A stretch of 64,000 nucleotides of DNA, taken from assembly GCF_009914755.1 (NCBI RefSeq), contig NC_060928.1; one strand, given 5' to 3'. This document shows positions 28,484-41,617 of this stretch, one piece after another (positions within the stretch are counted from its first letter, which is position 1; each line of letters starts with the position of its first letter). The stretch is from the human T2T-CHM13v2.0 reference genome, Homo sapiens. The notes under the pieces are model-generated. The model did not search any database, was not told the DNA's origin, and saw only the letters and a list, made by a program, of their open reading frames with translations. The position numbers and the translations under genes were made by a program.

Positions 28484-29521
28484 AAGATGAAAAACATGAC
28501 ATAAGGAGAAGCAAATTTCTGAGGGTGAGATGGGAATTAAGTTAGCGTTGAAGAATATGACAGGTCTTTTACTCTGCGGAAAACAATGAAAGAGAAACAA
28601 TTTATGGTTTGGAAATGAAGGTTGCAGAAGAGTTTGAACTTCTCTAGTGTAGGTAGAGGCTTAATTATTTTTTATTTATCAGAATCTCTGGCAAGAATAT
28701 GGTTCTGATTTGAGCATGAAAATGTTATTAAAATATGGCTAGGACGATAATTTGAAAAAAATGTAACAACACTTGTTTTATTTCTTGTTGTAGAATTTCT
28801 GAAGTAATCTTTTTGATGACAAATGTTAGTAGCAAATAAGTAAGAAAGCTTTAAAGCTAACTTAAGAGGCACCTTTTTGGGGCAAAAAGGTAGCTTGCCA
28901 ATGTAATGTGTTTAAATAAAAAAAGCAATGAATTTTGAATGTGGAACTCTTTGATATTAACTTTTTCTTTTATCTGTCTTTTTTAATACTTAGAATTTCT
29001 TTTTCTTTAAAATACATTATTTTTGAAAAAATATACATAAGAACTTCAAACAATATAAAAATTTAAAAAGAAAAAGATACTTCCAAAGTACTAGCCGAAG
29101 ATAATCATTTTAACGCTGTGTTAAACCATGCTTCCAGATATCTTTCTGAACATATTTTTGATATACTGTGCAATTCAATATCAATTTATAATTTTGTGTA
29201 GCTATAGAATCAGAAATTTTATACAGTAACCTATTATATCTCGTTGGCGGTCTTGTTTTCTATGTGCCATTATTTAAACTGACTTTTACTGCTATATAAA
29301 AAAGACTTTACAACTACTATATAAAAAATACTAAATATGTTGTGAAGTATTACCACATAGGACTGAGCAATGAGGATTTGATGTACAAATGTACTTGCCC
29401 TTTGGGTAGTAATGCTTATACTCTTTAAAGGGACAGTCATATAGTTATCATTTTCTTCATAAATGTAAACATTTTCTTGTTCTCTCTTGTAGATCGATCT
29501 TCTGAAATTCAAGTTTTCAAG

Positions 29522-29643
29522 ATGAAGTTTTTATTGACAACTGCCTTTTTAATTTTAATTTCCTTGTGGGTGGAAGAAGCCTATTCTAAGGAAAAGTCTT
29601 CAAAGAAAGGGAAGGGGAAAAAGAAGCAGTATCTATGCCCATC
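29522..29643 (+). CDS. GLRB: Glycine receptor beta subunit, first coding exon (exon 2 = 29493-29643; codons 1-40 plus 2 nt of Ser41, phase-2 intron)
   Basis: Translation [41 protein letters not shown] matches the GlyR-beta N-terminus as I recall it. Acceptor ttcttgttctctcttgtag| at 29492, donor ATC|gtatgt at 29644, A at -3 of the ATG. Confidence 0.96.
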
Positions 29644-30279
29644 GTATGTTCTTCATGTCTTATATTCTTATATGGAGAAATGTTATTGCGTGTTTTATAA
29701 AAGTAAGGTGGTTTATGAAGACACACATCAACAAAACTTTTCATATCGGAATGTATATCCATCTGTTACAGAGACAGAAAATGATAGGGTGAGGAGAGGT
29801 TTAGAATGTAAGAATTAATTCCCAATGTTCAAGGTGGTTTTATAGTTTTCTTTTTTTAAATCATGCCATGGGTTTATATAATTTTTATACACTGTTTACA
29901 AAAGTAGAAAAAGTCACTATTTTTTTCTTATGCTAAATGTGCTGTGCAACTTTAATTGGATACTGATATACTGTGTTTTGAGCAAATACCAGTTCAAAAA
30001 GTTTTTTTTTAAAAAAACCCTAAAATATTTAATAATATTTTATTTAAAAGTCAGATAGGTAACTGTGATCTTAAGGTCAGTTCATATGTATGCATGGCAA
30101 AAGGAAATTCATATGATAGATCAATTTTCTAATTTAGTAATTGTAAATAGGTTATATTAGGAGATTAGGATATTTTGTAGAAAGCAGGTCATTAAATTTG
30201 AAATTACTTGAAAACACAAATTCTAAATCCAACACATCCCCCACAAAAGACAAAGTTTTGTGGTGTGGAGTCTTGTTTA

Positions 30280-30570
30280 TTTTTTTTAGATGAAGTCTCT
30301 TTCTGTCACCCAGGCTGGAGTGCAGTGGCACAATTATCTACTCACTGCAACCTCTACCTCCCGGGTTCAAGCAATTCTCCTGCCTCAGCCTCCCAAGTAG
30401 CTGGGATTACAGGTGCCCACCACCACGCCCAGCTAATTTTTGTATTTTTTAGTAGAGACAGGATTTCACCATGTTGACCTGTCTGGTCTCCAACTCCTGA
30501 CCCTGGGTGATCTGCTCGCCTTGGCATCCCAAAGTGCTGGGATTACAGGCGTGGTTCACCGCACCTGGCC
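30280..30570 (-). mobile_element. AluS
   Basis: Reverse dimer flanked by agtctt on both sides. Confidence 0.93.
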
Positions 30571-32744
30571 AAGTCTTTTTTTTAATAGGAAAGATTAACA
30601 TTACTGGTCAATGAAAGTAAAATAGAGCAATTGTACAGTATATAAGTAAACAACTTTCTCAAAATATAACGTGCTTTTAGGTAATAATGCAATATATGCA
30701 GTGATTTGGAATAAAAGTTAATTTTCTATTACAGGTCATCTTCAATTAATATTTCTCAAATGTAATATTGATCATAGATAACATTTTATTCCAGCATCAT
30801 TATTATTTAAATAGAGATTATTATGGTTTTACAGATGTTCCATAAGAGATGAGGTACATTTTGGGAAGTATATTTTGTAAAGAAAGGACACTAGAATTGG
30901 TATTTTGTAATAGGTGTTTGTATGAATTTGTGAGAGTAAAATTCTGGAGAGAGTATCATGATCCACGTAATGTCTAGCATTAAATTCAGCTCCATGTGAA
31001 GGGATATTTCCTGATTTTCACCCTTAATAGTCCTGCTTATTCTAGTGCTGCAGCATATTCTGATGTCAGGGCCAAATTTCTGGGTATATGACACAATGGC
31101 CCTGAATTATGTTTGTGTGTCCCTCCTTGGCCATCTGCCCAGCTGGATATCAGCTGGGAACAATGGAGGCAGGTTCAGGAATAACCACAATCTACAACCA
31201 TCTCAACTCTTCACTGTTACTGTTTTTGTGCCACAAGCTGGAGATTAGCATTTTAGGGAACTGGACATTGTCAGGCCTTAGTATTCCTAAGCGAAAGGAC
31301 ACTTCTTTGTGTTTTAGATATTCTTTCTATTACCTTTTCTTTGATGAATGTTGGGACATTAACACAAACTGTTGTCTATGTCATATAGTCACCGTAATTC
31401 TATGTATGGAATCAAGCCATCTTGGGTTTCTGTATCTGAGCAAGCTGATAAGGCTCCTGTTCTCCCAGTACACCCACCCCCCATCCTACATCAAATGTCA
31501 TAATCAAATTATTCTGAAGATGGCAACAGCAAATCTTATAACTACCATATATATTACGAGAGTATTTTAGAGGACATTCTCTTTTCACAACTACATTATT
31601 AAATAGCCTTATGTGTAGACTGTATATACTTACGGTGTGTATAGTTATTTAAGACAGATTTTCAAAGTTAAATTTAGTAGATAAAGAGTATAACAATAAG
31701 AGTTCTCTTCTGATGAATATGACATCTTCAAGTGGAAGACCCAACATATACCTGTTAAGCCCACATCTCAATATTTTAGATATGTTGAGTAATTAATTGA
31801 AATTTTATCTTTGAATTTTTACATTATAGGTTTTTTAAAAATAATTATGAGACTAGATCAAGCTTTATTAACAGTTGTGATGTGATGCTGCTGGAAGTCT
31901 GGCTTGTTAAAAAGTGGATGTACCTTGGAGAGTTAGAGTTGTATATTTTTCATTTGAGCATTTTATTAAGAATTCTGATTGTCACTGAATTAAGAACTTT
32001 AGAAGACTAGGGTTGTCCCTGACTGTGATTGGATCTATCATATCAAATTTATTTCAGATGCCTTGATTAAGAATTTGAGCTATAATAAGGGGCTGTGAAA
32101 GAATATGCAAATTGTATGTATCTCAGAGAATGATCCAGTTTGCTTAGCCTGTGTAAGTTGCTTATTTATTAAACATCTTGACTAAGAGGAATATTGAAAA
32201 TTACAAAACCCAGAAATCAAGTACAGACTACCCTAATACTCCTCAGGATGGTAAAATTCTTGCCCAGTGATGTTTTCATTTGTTTATACTTTTTTTTTTT
32301 TGAGTAGAGTGGATGAAGCAATGTGGGTGCATAGACATAAGCAGTTCATGTGCAGCAATCCAGAGTGAAATCTTCCAGTTTTACTGTTATAACAACATTT
32401 CCCCTCAAGACTGTAAATAGAGGAAACATGTTTTAAAATGTAGGAGAAATAAAGGACTTGAGTTCCTTGATATTCTAGGATTTAATATTGATGCTGAGCT
32501 TGAGTCAGATCATAAACTTTTCTTGGCCTCTTTGCTGTTTCTTTTTTCTAACCTGTTGTCTTTTGATATGTAAGTGAAGCACTAGTACCAGATTGACAAA
32601 GTATCTGATAAATTTGCTTCCAAAAACTTAGAAATTTAATATGTGTTAACAAATAAGAAATACACTTTAAATTAATAAAAATATTTTAGGTAAGTCCTTG
32701 GACAGTTACCTTTTTATTTTACAGCTTACATTTGACATTGCCTT

Positions 32745-33980
32745 TAATCTTTTGGTCTTTCCTCTGATTTTTCATTCTACCTGAGTGATTTTGTAGAAAT
32801 CCATGGTTGTAGTTACCATCTACTCACTGTTAACTCCTAAGTCTTTATGTACAGCTCAGATCTCTCTAAAGAGTGCCACACCCATACATCCACCATTTCA
32901 ACTTGACCGTCCCGTCATGAAACTCAAATTTAACTTGAAATGATAAAACCTGAACTCAGAATCATGTGAATAATACAATGAATAATCACTGTATTAAGAG
33001 TGGTGAACTCCTCTTCTCACCAGATGACACCATTTCCACCTTTTCATTCATACTACAATCCTGGGGATCACCTTAGACCATCTCTTTCTACCTTAGCTTC
33101 TCAAATTCAGTAGTCACCAGAACTCATCAATTACTATCACTGGAATACGTCTTACGTTTTCATTCCCATGTGGGACATTGCCTTAGCTACTCCTTCCCAC
33201 CCTCTTCATTGACTCCTTTTCAGTTTTCCTGCATCTTATCCTCCTCCATTAATTTATATGCCACATTGACCTTACCGTGTATTTTCCCAATAGTGTCTTG
33301 AGTCCAGTCAGGTCATGTCAATATTGAGAACACTTTAAAGGACACCATAGTGTTCTGGATAAGGTGGAAATTTCTTGGCTCCACACACAAGGTTCCTGAT
33401 GAACTAGCCTCTGATACCTCCAGCAGTATCTTCCCCATCCCGACCCCTGCCTCTGCCTAAGCCTCACACGCATCAACTCTCATATACCCGTGCTCTTTCA
33501 CATCTCTGCAAGTGTTCTTCCCTTTCCCTGAAATGCCAATGTTTTTCTTCTTTTTAGTTAGCCTGTGTCCATGGGTCTCATCCAAATTCATGGCTGTAAC
33601 TACCACTTACTGTTGATTTCTATGTCTGTATATACAGCCCGTACCTCTTTGAAGAGCACCACACCCATACATCCAACATTTTAATCTGATTGTTTCATAA
33701 TGACCTCAAACTTAACTCAGACTCAAACCCTATTGTCTTCTTTGGGAAACCTTTCCTAATCCTGAGGATTTAGATAATCACATTCTGTGCCCCCACAGTT
33801 CCCCAATTGCCACTCATACATAATACAGTATGATAATTATCTATTGTAATTGTCTGCTTTCCCCACTAGATTGTAAGCTCCATGAGAGCAGTGTCTTCAT
33901 TACCTTAATCACCAGCAAGCAACATAGCTCCTGGCACAAAATATACATATAATAAAAATTTATTTAATGAAGTGAATAAA
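32745..33980 (+). mobile_element. L2 LINE remnant
   Basis: ctcaaatttaac, ccccactagattgtaagctccatgagagcag, aacatagctcctggcaca...aataaaaatttatttaatgaagtgaat 3' end. Confidence 0.75.
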
Positions 33981-34456
33981 AACCTAAAGATCTTTGACTA
34001 TCTCTTATTAAGTCATTACATCTGGATTTTGTTAAGTTACCTGAAATTGACTGATATGATCCCTGTGGAAAATTTAGAAATATGGTCTCAATATAAGGAT
34101 ACCTAGGTGAGTTAGCAGCTAGGTAATTAGTGGAATACCTTCACCCTGGATTATGTTACCTGGTTCCGTTTTGGCCTCATCATAGTCAATTATTTGTCAA
34201 TGACTGAAATAAAACTACACAGAGAAAAAATCCACACTGAGGCTCTGTGATATTCAGATATGTAGTGAATATGTGAGACAGAATTAGGATCCGATCTGAT
34301 CTTGAAGGGCTAAATGAGATAGGTCTAACACTGTTGAAGAATAAATTGCACTTTGGTCTAGAAGCCACTTGGGTAAGTATAGGATGAGGAAGAACATAGC
34401 TTAGCAGAGCACATTTGGGAAAAATATTACATAATAATTATCAGACAAATGAATAG

Positions 34457-34462
<6 letters not shown>

Positions 34463-34494
<32 letters not shown>
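34463..34494. repeat. (TA)n(CA)n microsatellite
   Basis: Direct reading. Confidence 0.95.
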
Positions 34495-34497
<3 letters not shown>

Positions 34498-34724
34498 TAC
34501 AATTTAGTATTTTAAGAAAGACATTCTTAAAATTAACACATTCTTAACATAAAATTAGTAAAATAAGAACTATTTTAATAGTAAAACTATTTTGCTAATT
34601 TTATGTTAAGCGTATTACTTTTTAGAACTATTTAAAGCAAGGTTTACAGAGATTTCTGCTCTGTGCTAGTGCAGAAATATTTGCAGGAGAGAGAAATAAG
34701 AATAGTAGAAGTAATTAAAATCAT

Positions 34725-35090
34725 ATCATATTAGGAAGAGCTGAAGGAACTGAGATACTTGAAAATTGTCTCCAAAGTTTTAAAAAACTGTGATGGTGAT
34801 GAGAAAGTAGACTTTGTTGCTTGGCACCAATAATTAAAAGCAGTACTAATGTATAGAAGCTACGGGGAGGGATATTTTTGGCTCCAAGTTAAGAACTTTT
34901 TTGAGTTCTGCCTAGATGTAATTGATTAGGGAGGGAGGTAGTGAAGTTCATGATAAGTGGAGGTACGCAGGCACGTGGGATAATTACTTGGTGGGCATAT
35001 TTTAGAGAAAGGTTGAGCATTACACAGGCGGTTAGACCAGAGACTGATATAATGTGATTTCAACTTGTGCAATTTTTAAGATTCAGTGGT
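34725..35090 (+). mobile_element. L3/CR1 3' fragment
   Basis: aggaagagctgaaggaactg...gaagctacgggga...gtagtgaagttc...ggttagaccag. Confidence 0.5.
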
Positions 35091-36160
35091 TCTAATACAT
35101 TGTGTTTGATTACAGCTTTATCATTATCTAATAGCAAAGTAACCCACAGAGAATTATGTTTTAAAAATTTTATCTTGATCTGTTTATTTAAGTATGTCTT
35201 TATTTTAGGGGAATTGACTTAGAAAGCTCTAGTACATAAGATAAATGTATGTTGGTGGTGTGTTAATAATAAGGATTTTAAAATCTTATTTTTAAGGTTT
35301 GAAATTTCATGAATAATGTTTTTTAAAACACTTCTTTCAAACCCAGAAAAACTTTTCTCTTTTCTGACCTTAGGTGTAATAGTAAGAAGAAATATGTCAA
35401 GCTACTATAATTTTCAAGAAATAATGATCAGGATAACAAATGAACAGGATAACAAATATAATGATCTAATAAATGCCTGCCATAATTTATAAGGCATAGT
35501 TTTATGGATTTATATTTGTAGGTACATCATATATGAAACTAGAACATCCTAAAATAAACTTTCAGATTTTTTTATTGAATAACAGTAATTAAAAAACCAG
35601 AACTCCCTCAATTAAAAATAAAACTGAATATTGTTTGCCATTTCTATTTTTGCTCATAGCCGACATAATAAGCACTTTTTAATAGTGAATTTGGCCAAGC
35701 TATACAACTCCTTGTCACATACTACATATTTTTGCCACTACCGTTAGAGAAACTTCTATCTTTTGTTGAAGACTGTTTGAGTTTCAAACATTTAATAGCT
35801 TACAGTAAGTGAAACTAATATGTTTGAAAGTTGCATTGGAAATCTCACCTCTTTTCTCCCATTTTGGCCCATACTTGTATCTTAGGTCTGGGAAGCTTAA
35901 TAACAAGTCCTTAAGTGTTGAGGGCTGCTATTATTTACAGTAGTGTTAGCATTTATTATCCTACCTTCTAAATTATCTTTCCTTCAAGCTGTTGGAACTC
36001 TAGCTTTAAAATAATTACATAAATAACTTTTAATTTTTATTCTCGTTCTGTGTGTGTGTTGAGAAAATGTGATTTCTTTGTTAGTTTTTTCATAAACTAA
36101 AAATTGTGTGTGCATATGTAAATGGTTTGATGCCGTTATGATTTTTTTTGTCTCCTTCAG

Positions 36161-36221
36161 AGAGAGATTGTACCATTGAATGACAGCATTTTCATACTTC
36201 AGTCTGTATGTACTAAGAAGG
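36161..36221 (+). other. Candidate 61-nt alternative exon in GLRB intron 2 with in-frame stop
   Basis: Acceptor attttttttgtctccttcag|, donor AAGG|gtaggt, TGA at 36177-36179 in frame with exon 2. Confidence 0.5.
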
Positions 36222-36741
36222 GTAGGTTACTGTTGATTATTCATTGATTATTCAATGCCACTATATGCTGCTTGGGTATTATATTAGCCATCTTCCTATT
36301 CTGACTGTTTTGTCTCCTTTATCTTCTATTCATTAAGAGATGAAATAGATTTTAGTATAATTCCAGTTTCTTACTTCCTAGTGGAAATATTCGAGACAAA
36401 GACATTGGCCAAAAGATGAAAGGCTGATTGGAAAAGGATATGGATAATCTATAAAATGGATACTATTGAAAATTGCCTGTTATCACTGTTACATATCTAG
36501 ATTGAATTTTTCACTGATGTTTAGTTATGTATTTTCTTATTACTTATTGAACAATTTTAATGGCATGCTGTTATTTTGCAATCAATTGAATTGATCTTCT
36601 TTTTCCAAAAGGAAATCAGCATCCTTATTATTCCAGTTACCTAGGCATGAGCTTAAATGGAACCTAACATTCTCTTAAAATGATCTCCTATATCTGCCAT
36701 GTTCAATTTTTTTTTCACTACATCTGCTCTTACCATTATTT

Positions 36742-36902
36742 TATTTTCCTCTTTGGAGACAGGATCTAATTCTGTCATCCAGGCTGGAGTGTGGTGTTGT
36801 GATCATAGCTAACTGCCGCCTCCAACTCTTGGCCTCCAGCAATCCTCCTGCCTTGGCCTCCTAAAGTACAGAGATTCCAGGCATGAGCCACCATGCCCAG
36901 CC
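36742..36902 (-). mobile_element. FLAM monomer
   Basis: gagacaggatct...aatcctcctgccttggcctcctaaagt...gagccaccatgcccagcc. Confidence 0.85.
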
Positions 36903-36916
36903 ACCATTATTTTTAA

Positions 36917-37293
<377 letters not shown>

Positions 37294-37475
37294 TGTATTT
37301 TCATGTTGTTATTCTTATGTTTAAAAACTTACAATATCGTACTACCAGATGGTTCTTGAACTCCAGTACATACTTCTTACCTTGATTTTCAAGGGGCTCC
37401 CTAACTTATATTTCTAAATTTATGTGAAACAACTCTCTTATATTATGTGTGTAGGTATGTATATATGAATGTATG

Positions 37476-37625
37476 TTTTTAGAGACAGGATCTTACTCTG
37501 TTGCCCAGGCTGGAGTTCAGTGGTGTGATCATAGCTCATTGCAACCTCAAACTCCTGGTGTCAAGTGGTCCTCCCGCCTTGTTCTCCCAAAGACTTCGCG
37601 TTACAGGTATCAGCCATACCCAAGC
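37476..37625 (-). mobile_element. FLAM monomer
   Basis: tagagacaggatcttactctgttgcccaggctgg...ctcaaactcctgg. Confidence 0.82.
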
Positions 37626-40604
37626 CTACTCGCCTATTTTGGGAAGGCTTATCTGCCGTTGTTCCTAATCTTCCCTTGCTATTATGTATGCTTGGACATG
37701 TTTATGTTTGGAATGACAACTTCTTGCTTAATATATCTAGGCTTTACTAGTCCCTCAGAGCTCATCTTAGATATTACTTTGCTTTATAAAACATTTAAAA
37801 TAAGTTTTAGTTGAGAATATGATTAATCTGAATTAATAGTGGTGTGGCTTACTAATGCTTTGATGTCTTGGATATTGATAGAAATACAATGTTTAGAAAT
37901 AAAAAAGTATTAATCTCATGGTGAGTATATTACCTGAAGCATTATGTTGAATTCTGGTTGCCATAATTTATGAGAGTTAGAATTACATGTGAGTTTGTTT
38001 GGAGAATCTTGATCGGTATTTACACGAATGTGAAAGTCTGTTGTGTTGTTCGATTAATTCTATTGTGCATTATTTTCTCTGAAGAATAGAAATTACCTTC
38101 TATTTGAGATGTTGTCATATAAAATAACTAGACTTTCTTTGTATGACTCCAAGTTATCGAATTAAGACCAAAGAGAGAAACAGAGGAAGATAAGTTCAAT
38201 TAAAGGAAAATATAGAACTGTCAAAAGAGAAAATGGGTTTCCTTAGGAGCTTCTTTGTTGCTGGAGTGACTGAACATAGCTTGGGTAGGGACACGACCCA
38301 AATAACATCAATGGGAAGTTAAAAGTATTTAGAACTTCTTTTTATGCCCAAGATCTCATGGGCCTATGATTAAAACTGAAATTAAACTCCCTGTTCTTGA
38401 TATTTCAGAATCCCTTTTGTGCATACTTGATGTTTTGACACTTGATTAGAATTAGTTCTTTATGCAGTGATGTCTTTTATTTTCTAGTTGGACTCTATTG
38501 TGTAGTTTTAACTCTCTAACTACATTTTAAGTACTTGAGATGAAATGGTTATATATACTTTTATATCCTGCCCTACTTCAAAATTGTTTGCATAAGAGCT
38601 CCATTTATGCTTGCTAGTTCAAAGAAAATTAAATGGATAGCTGATGATATAGACAAATCCTAAATTAATTTTTTGATGGGATAGTGGTTCACTGGGACTG
38701 TATTTAGATGTTTAGAGATAAAACATATATTGTTTAAAATTTACTTTGTACGTCTACTAAATCATGATGGCAAAGACCTTGTATAATAAGATAGCAGAAA
38801 GAACACCACTGTATCTCCTTTAGCACTTTTGCTAATTGGCTGTATAACTTTCAATAAGTCACTTAATCTATCTGAGTCTCAGTTTTCTCATTTGTATAGT
38901 GAAAAGTTTGATCTCAATAATCTCCTAATTTTATTCATTCATTAATTTATGGCAGCCATATCTTTTATGATACAATGCGGTTTTGTTTACGATTGCTTTG
39001 GTAACTTTATAATCAGGGTTAACTATTTTAGTGTTTTGTTGGTGCTTTTTGTTCCCCAATTTTTAACCATTCAAGCCTGACCAGTGGAAAAAGAATACAC
39101 AAAATTCTATTTCTTGGGGAAGTTAACTCCAAAGGAAATCTAATTCCAGAGTTGATTTATCAAAACATAGGTATTTAACTGAACTCCAAAGTAGAAGAGT
39201 AAGGTATGAGGAAGGTGAATTGTCTGCATTCTTAGCCTACCAAATTTTCACAGATTAAGGAATTCGACTTACTGAAATGTATCCTTTTTTTTTTCTTGTG
39301 GAGGCAAATAATTTCTGTAATACAGTAAAAAAAGGTATATTTGCAAAAGTCTCCTATATTTTCCTTATGCTTCTACCTGAAATAGACATATCATTGCTCT
39401 GCTAAAGAGAGCTGAGGTCCCTTTATAAATGAATTCCTTTACCATGGGTATTTTATGGAAGTTTACACTTAGAATTCATGAAGCCAATTATTCAAATTTA
39501 TGTACATACAAATGGTTCCTCTGAGAAATGATGTAAATATGAAATAATATTTTTAGGGCTCTGATTGGAATAACAGTGAAGCACTTATTAAATTGCTAAT
39601 AAAATATGTTGGATACCTTGAAACATCTGACATTTATTACTCTTCGTATAAGAAAACAATAGTAGGAGTTTACTGCTCCTGGGCTGATTGCTGAGAATAA
39701 CCTAATACAAAAGGCTTACCTATTAATGAGTGGATGTGTGGTGTTCTTTATATCATGTTTAACTCTCAGTGATACCATGGGCATGGCTGACAAAATAATC
39801 TAAAGGTCTTATTGCAACATTCTTTAATATTCTCTATACATTCTACTTGTATGTGTCTGGAATCTCTATAATATTTTCGACTTAATGGTACAAATGTAGA
39901 TGTTTTCAGTGATCTAGAATCTTGGTTGATTTATTTTGATCTAGTCTTGGCTAAGTCTTCATTTTGGTTCCAAATTCTTTTCCTTACCCCTCAGAGGCTC
40001 TAAATTTCTCTCTCCACATTGTTTCTGTCTTTTATCTTGTTCCTTTCAGTGTTAGCATAACATTTTAACTTTTATTTTAAAGGAAAAGAATACAAGTCCT
40101 TGGATGGGAATCCCCTCGGTCTTTCTTGATTTTCATTCTAAAGCTACCTGAGGCATCATCCTTCCTTTTCTCCTTTTCTCTTGATTTAGCAAAAAAAGAA
40201 CTTTTTTAGGATCCCATCTCCCCACTGTCTTCTGAGATGTACCTTTTAGCTTACTTTGCTCCCCTATGTTTTAAATTTTCTTCGTTTCTTTGGCTCTTTT
40301 TTTCCTAAGTGCTTACAAACATATTAAAGGGTCACCCACCTGGAAAAATGTATATAGTTTTTATATTCCTATTTTATTAACTGTGGTTTTCCCCTTTGTT
40401 AATTACTATGTTTCTTCAACTAGTAGGATAAAATGGCCTATACTTTTTGAGCTCTAATTCACTAGTTCTTTTCTTCACTTACCTTGAATTTCCTTAAATT
40501 ACAAAAGATGTGCAACATTATTACAACAAATGAAACAATATGTACCACTTAATCATTCTATTAAGACTGACTCCTGACACAATTCTACTTTTAATAAAGA
40601 TTTC

Positions 40605-40930
<326 letters not shown>

Positions 40931-41617
40931 TTATTATTTTAAAACAAATATAGTGACTTTATTTTAGGTCCTTGTTATTACTCAGTAAGGGCTAGCTATC
41001 TTCTGTAAACGGAAACAATCTCCGATTTCACCCATCCCACATGTGGCTTCCTGAAATTTACTCACTCCTGGCTCTTTTTAGCCACCTCTCTGACTACAGC
41101 TGATTAACCACCTTCATTGGCTATTTCTTATTGTCCTTCCTGACATATTGAGTTTTCCAGATATTCATCCTTAGTTCTTTTAGCTTCTTGCTTATCAATT
41201 TTCCCCTGGGTAATATCTATTGGTATCTATGATTGCTTCTATATCTTTATCTCTATATGTAACTTCACTCTTGATTTCCAAGTAATTATTTTCAGCTTCC
41301 TACTGGACCTCAAAATTAACATACCCAACATATTAAACTGGCTTTCCTATCTGTATTCCCCAGCTCTACACCCAGCCTTTCATGAGAAATGACAAAAGCA
41401 TCTTCAAATCCTTCATGCCCTTTCACTTTCATCATCTCATCAATTACTCATTCTGTTGATGGTTTAGAAATGATTATTGCATCTAGCTACTTCTCCTCAT
41501 CTCTGCTTTTATGGTCTCTGTCAGGCCATAGTCATGTCACCTTGAATCTGTTATTGCAGTACTTTCCTAGATTCCTGAACCTGATCCTGTCCTCTCTACT
41601 TTGCTCATCCTCTACAA

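Noticed and set aside
29477-29818. 113-aa ORF taken as a complete gene
   Set aside because: It starts in the intron 1 acceptor and runs past the exon 2 donor; only 29522-29643 is established GLRB coding sequence.
31109-31570. 153-aa + strand ORF in intron 2
   Set aside because: No similarity to GlyR-beta exon 3 or any family I recognise, and no convincing splice sites.
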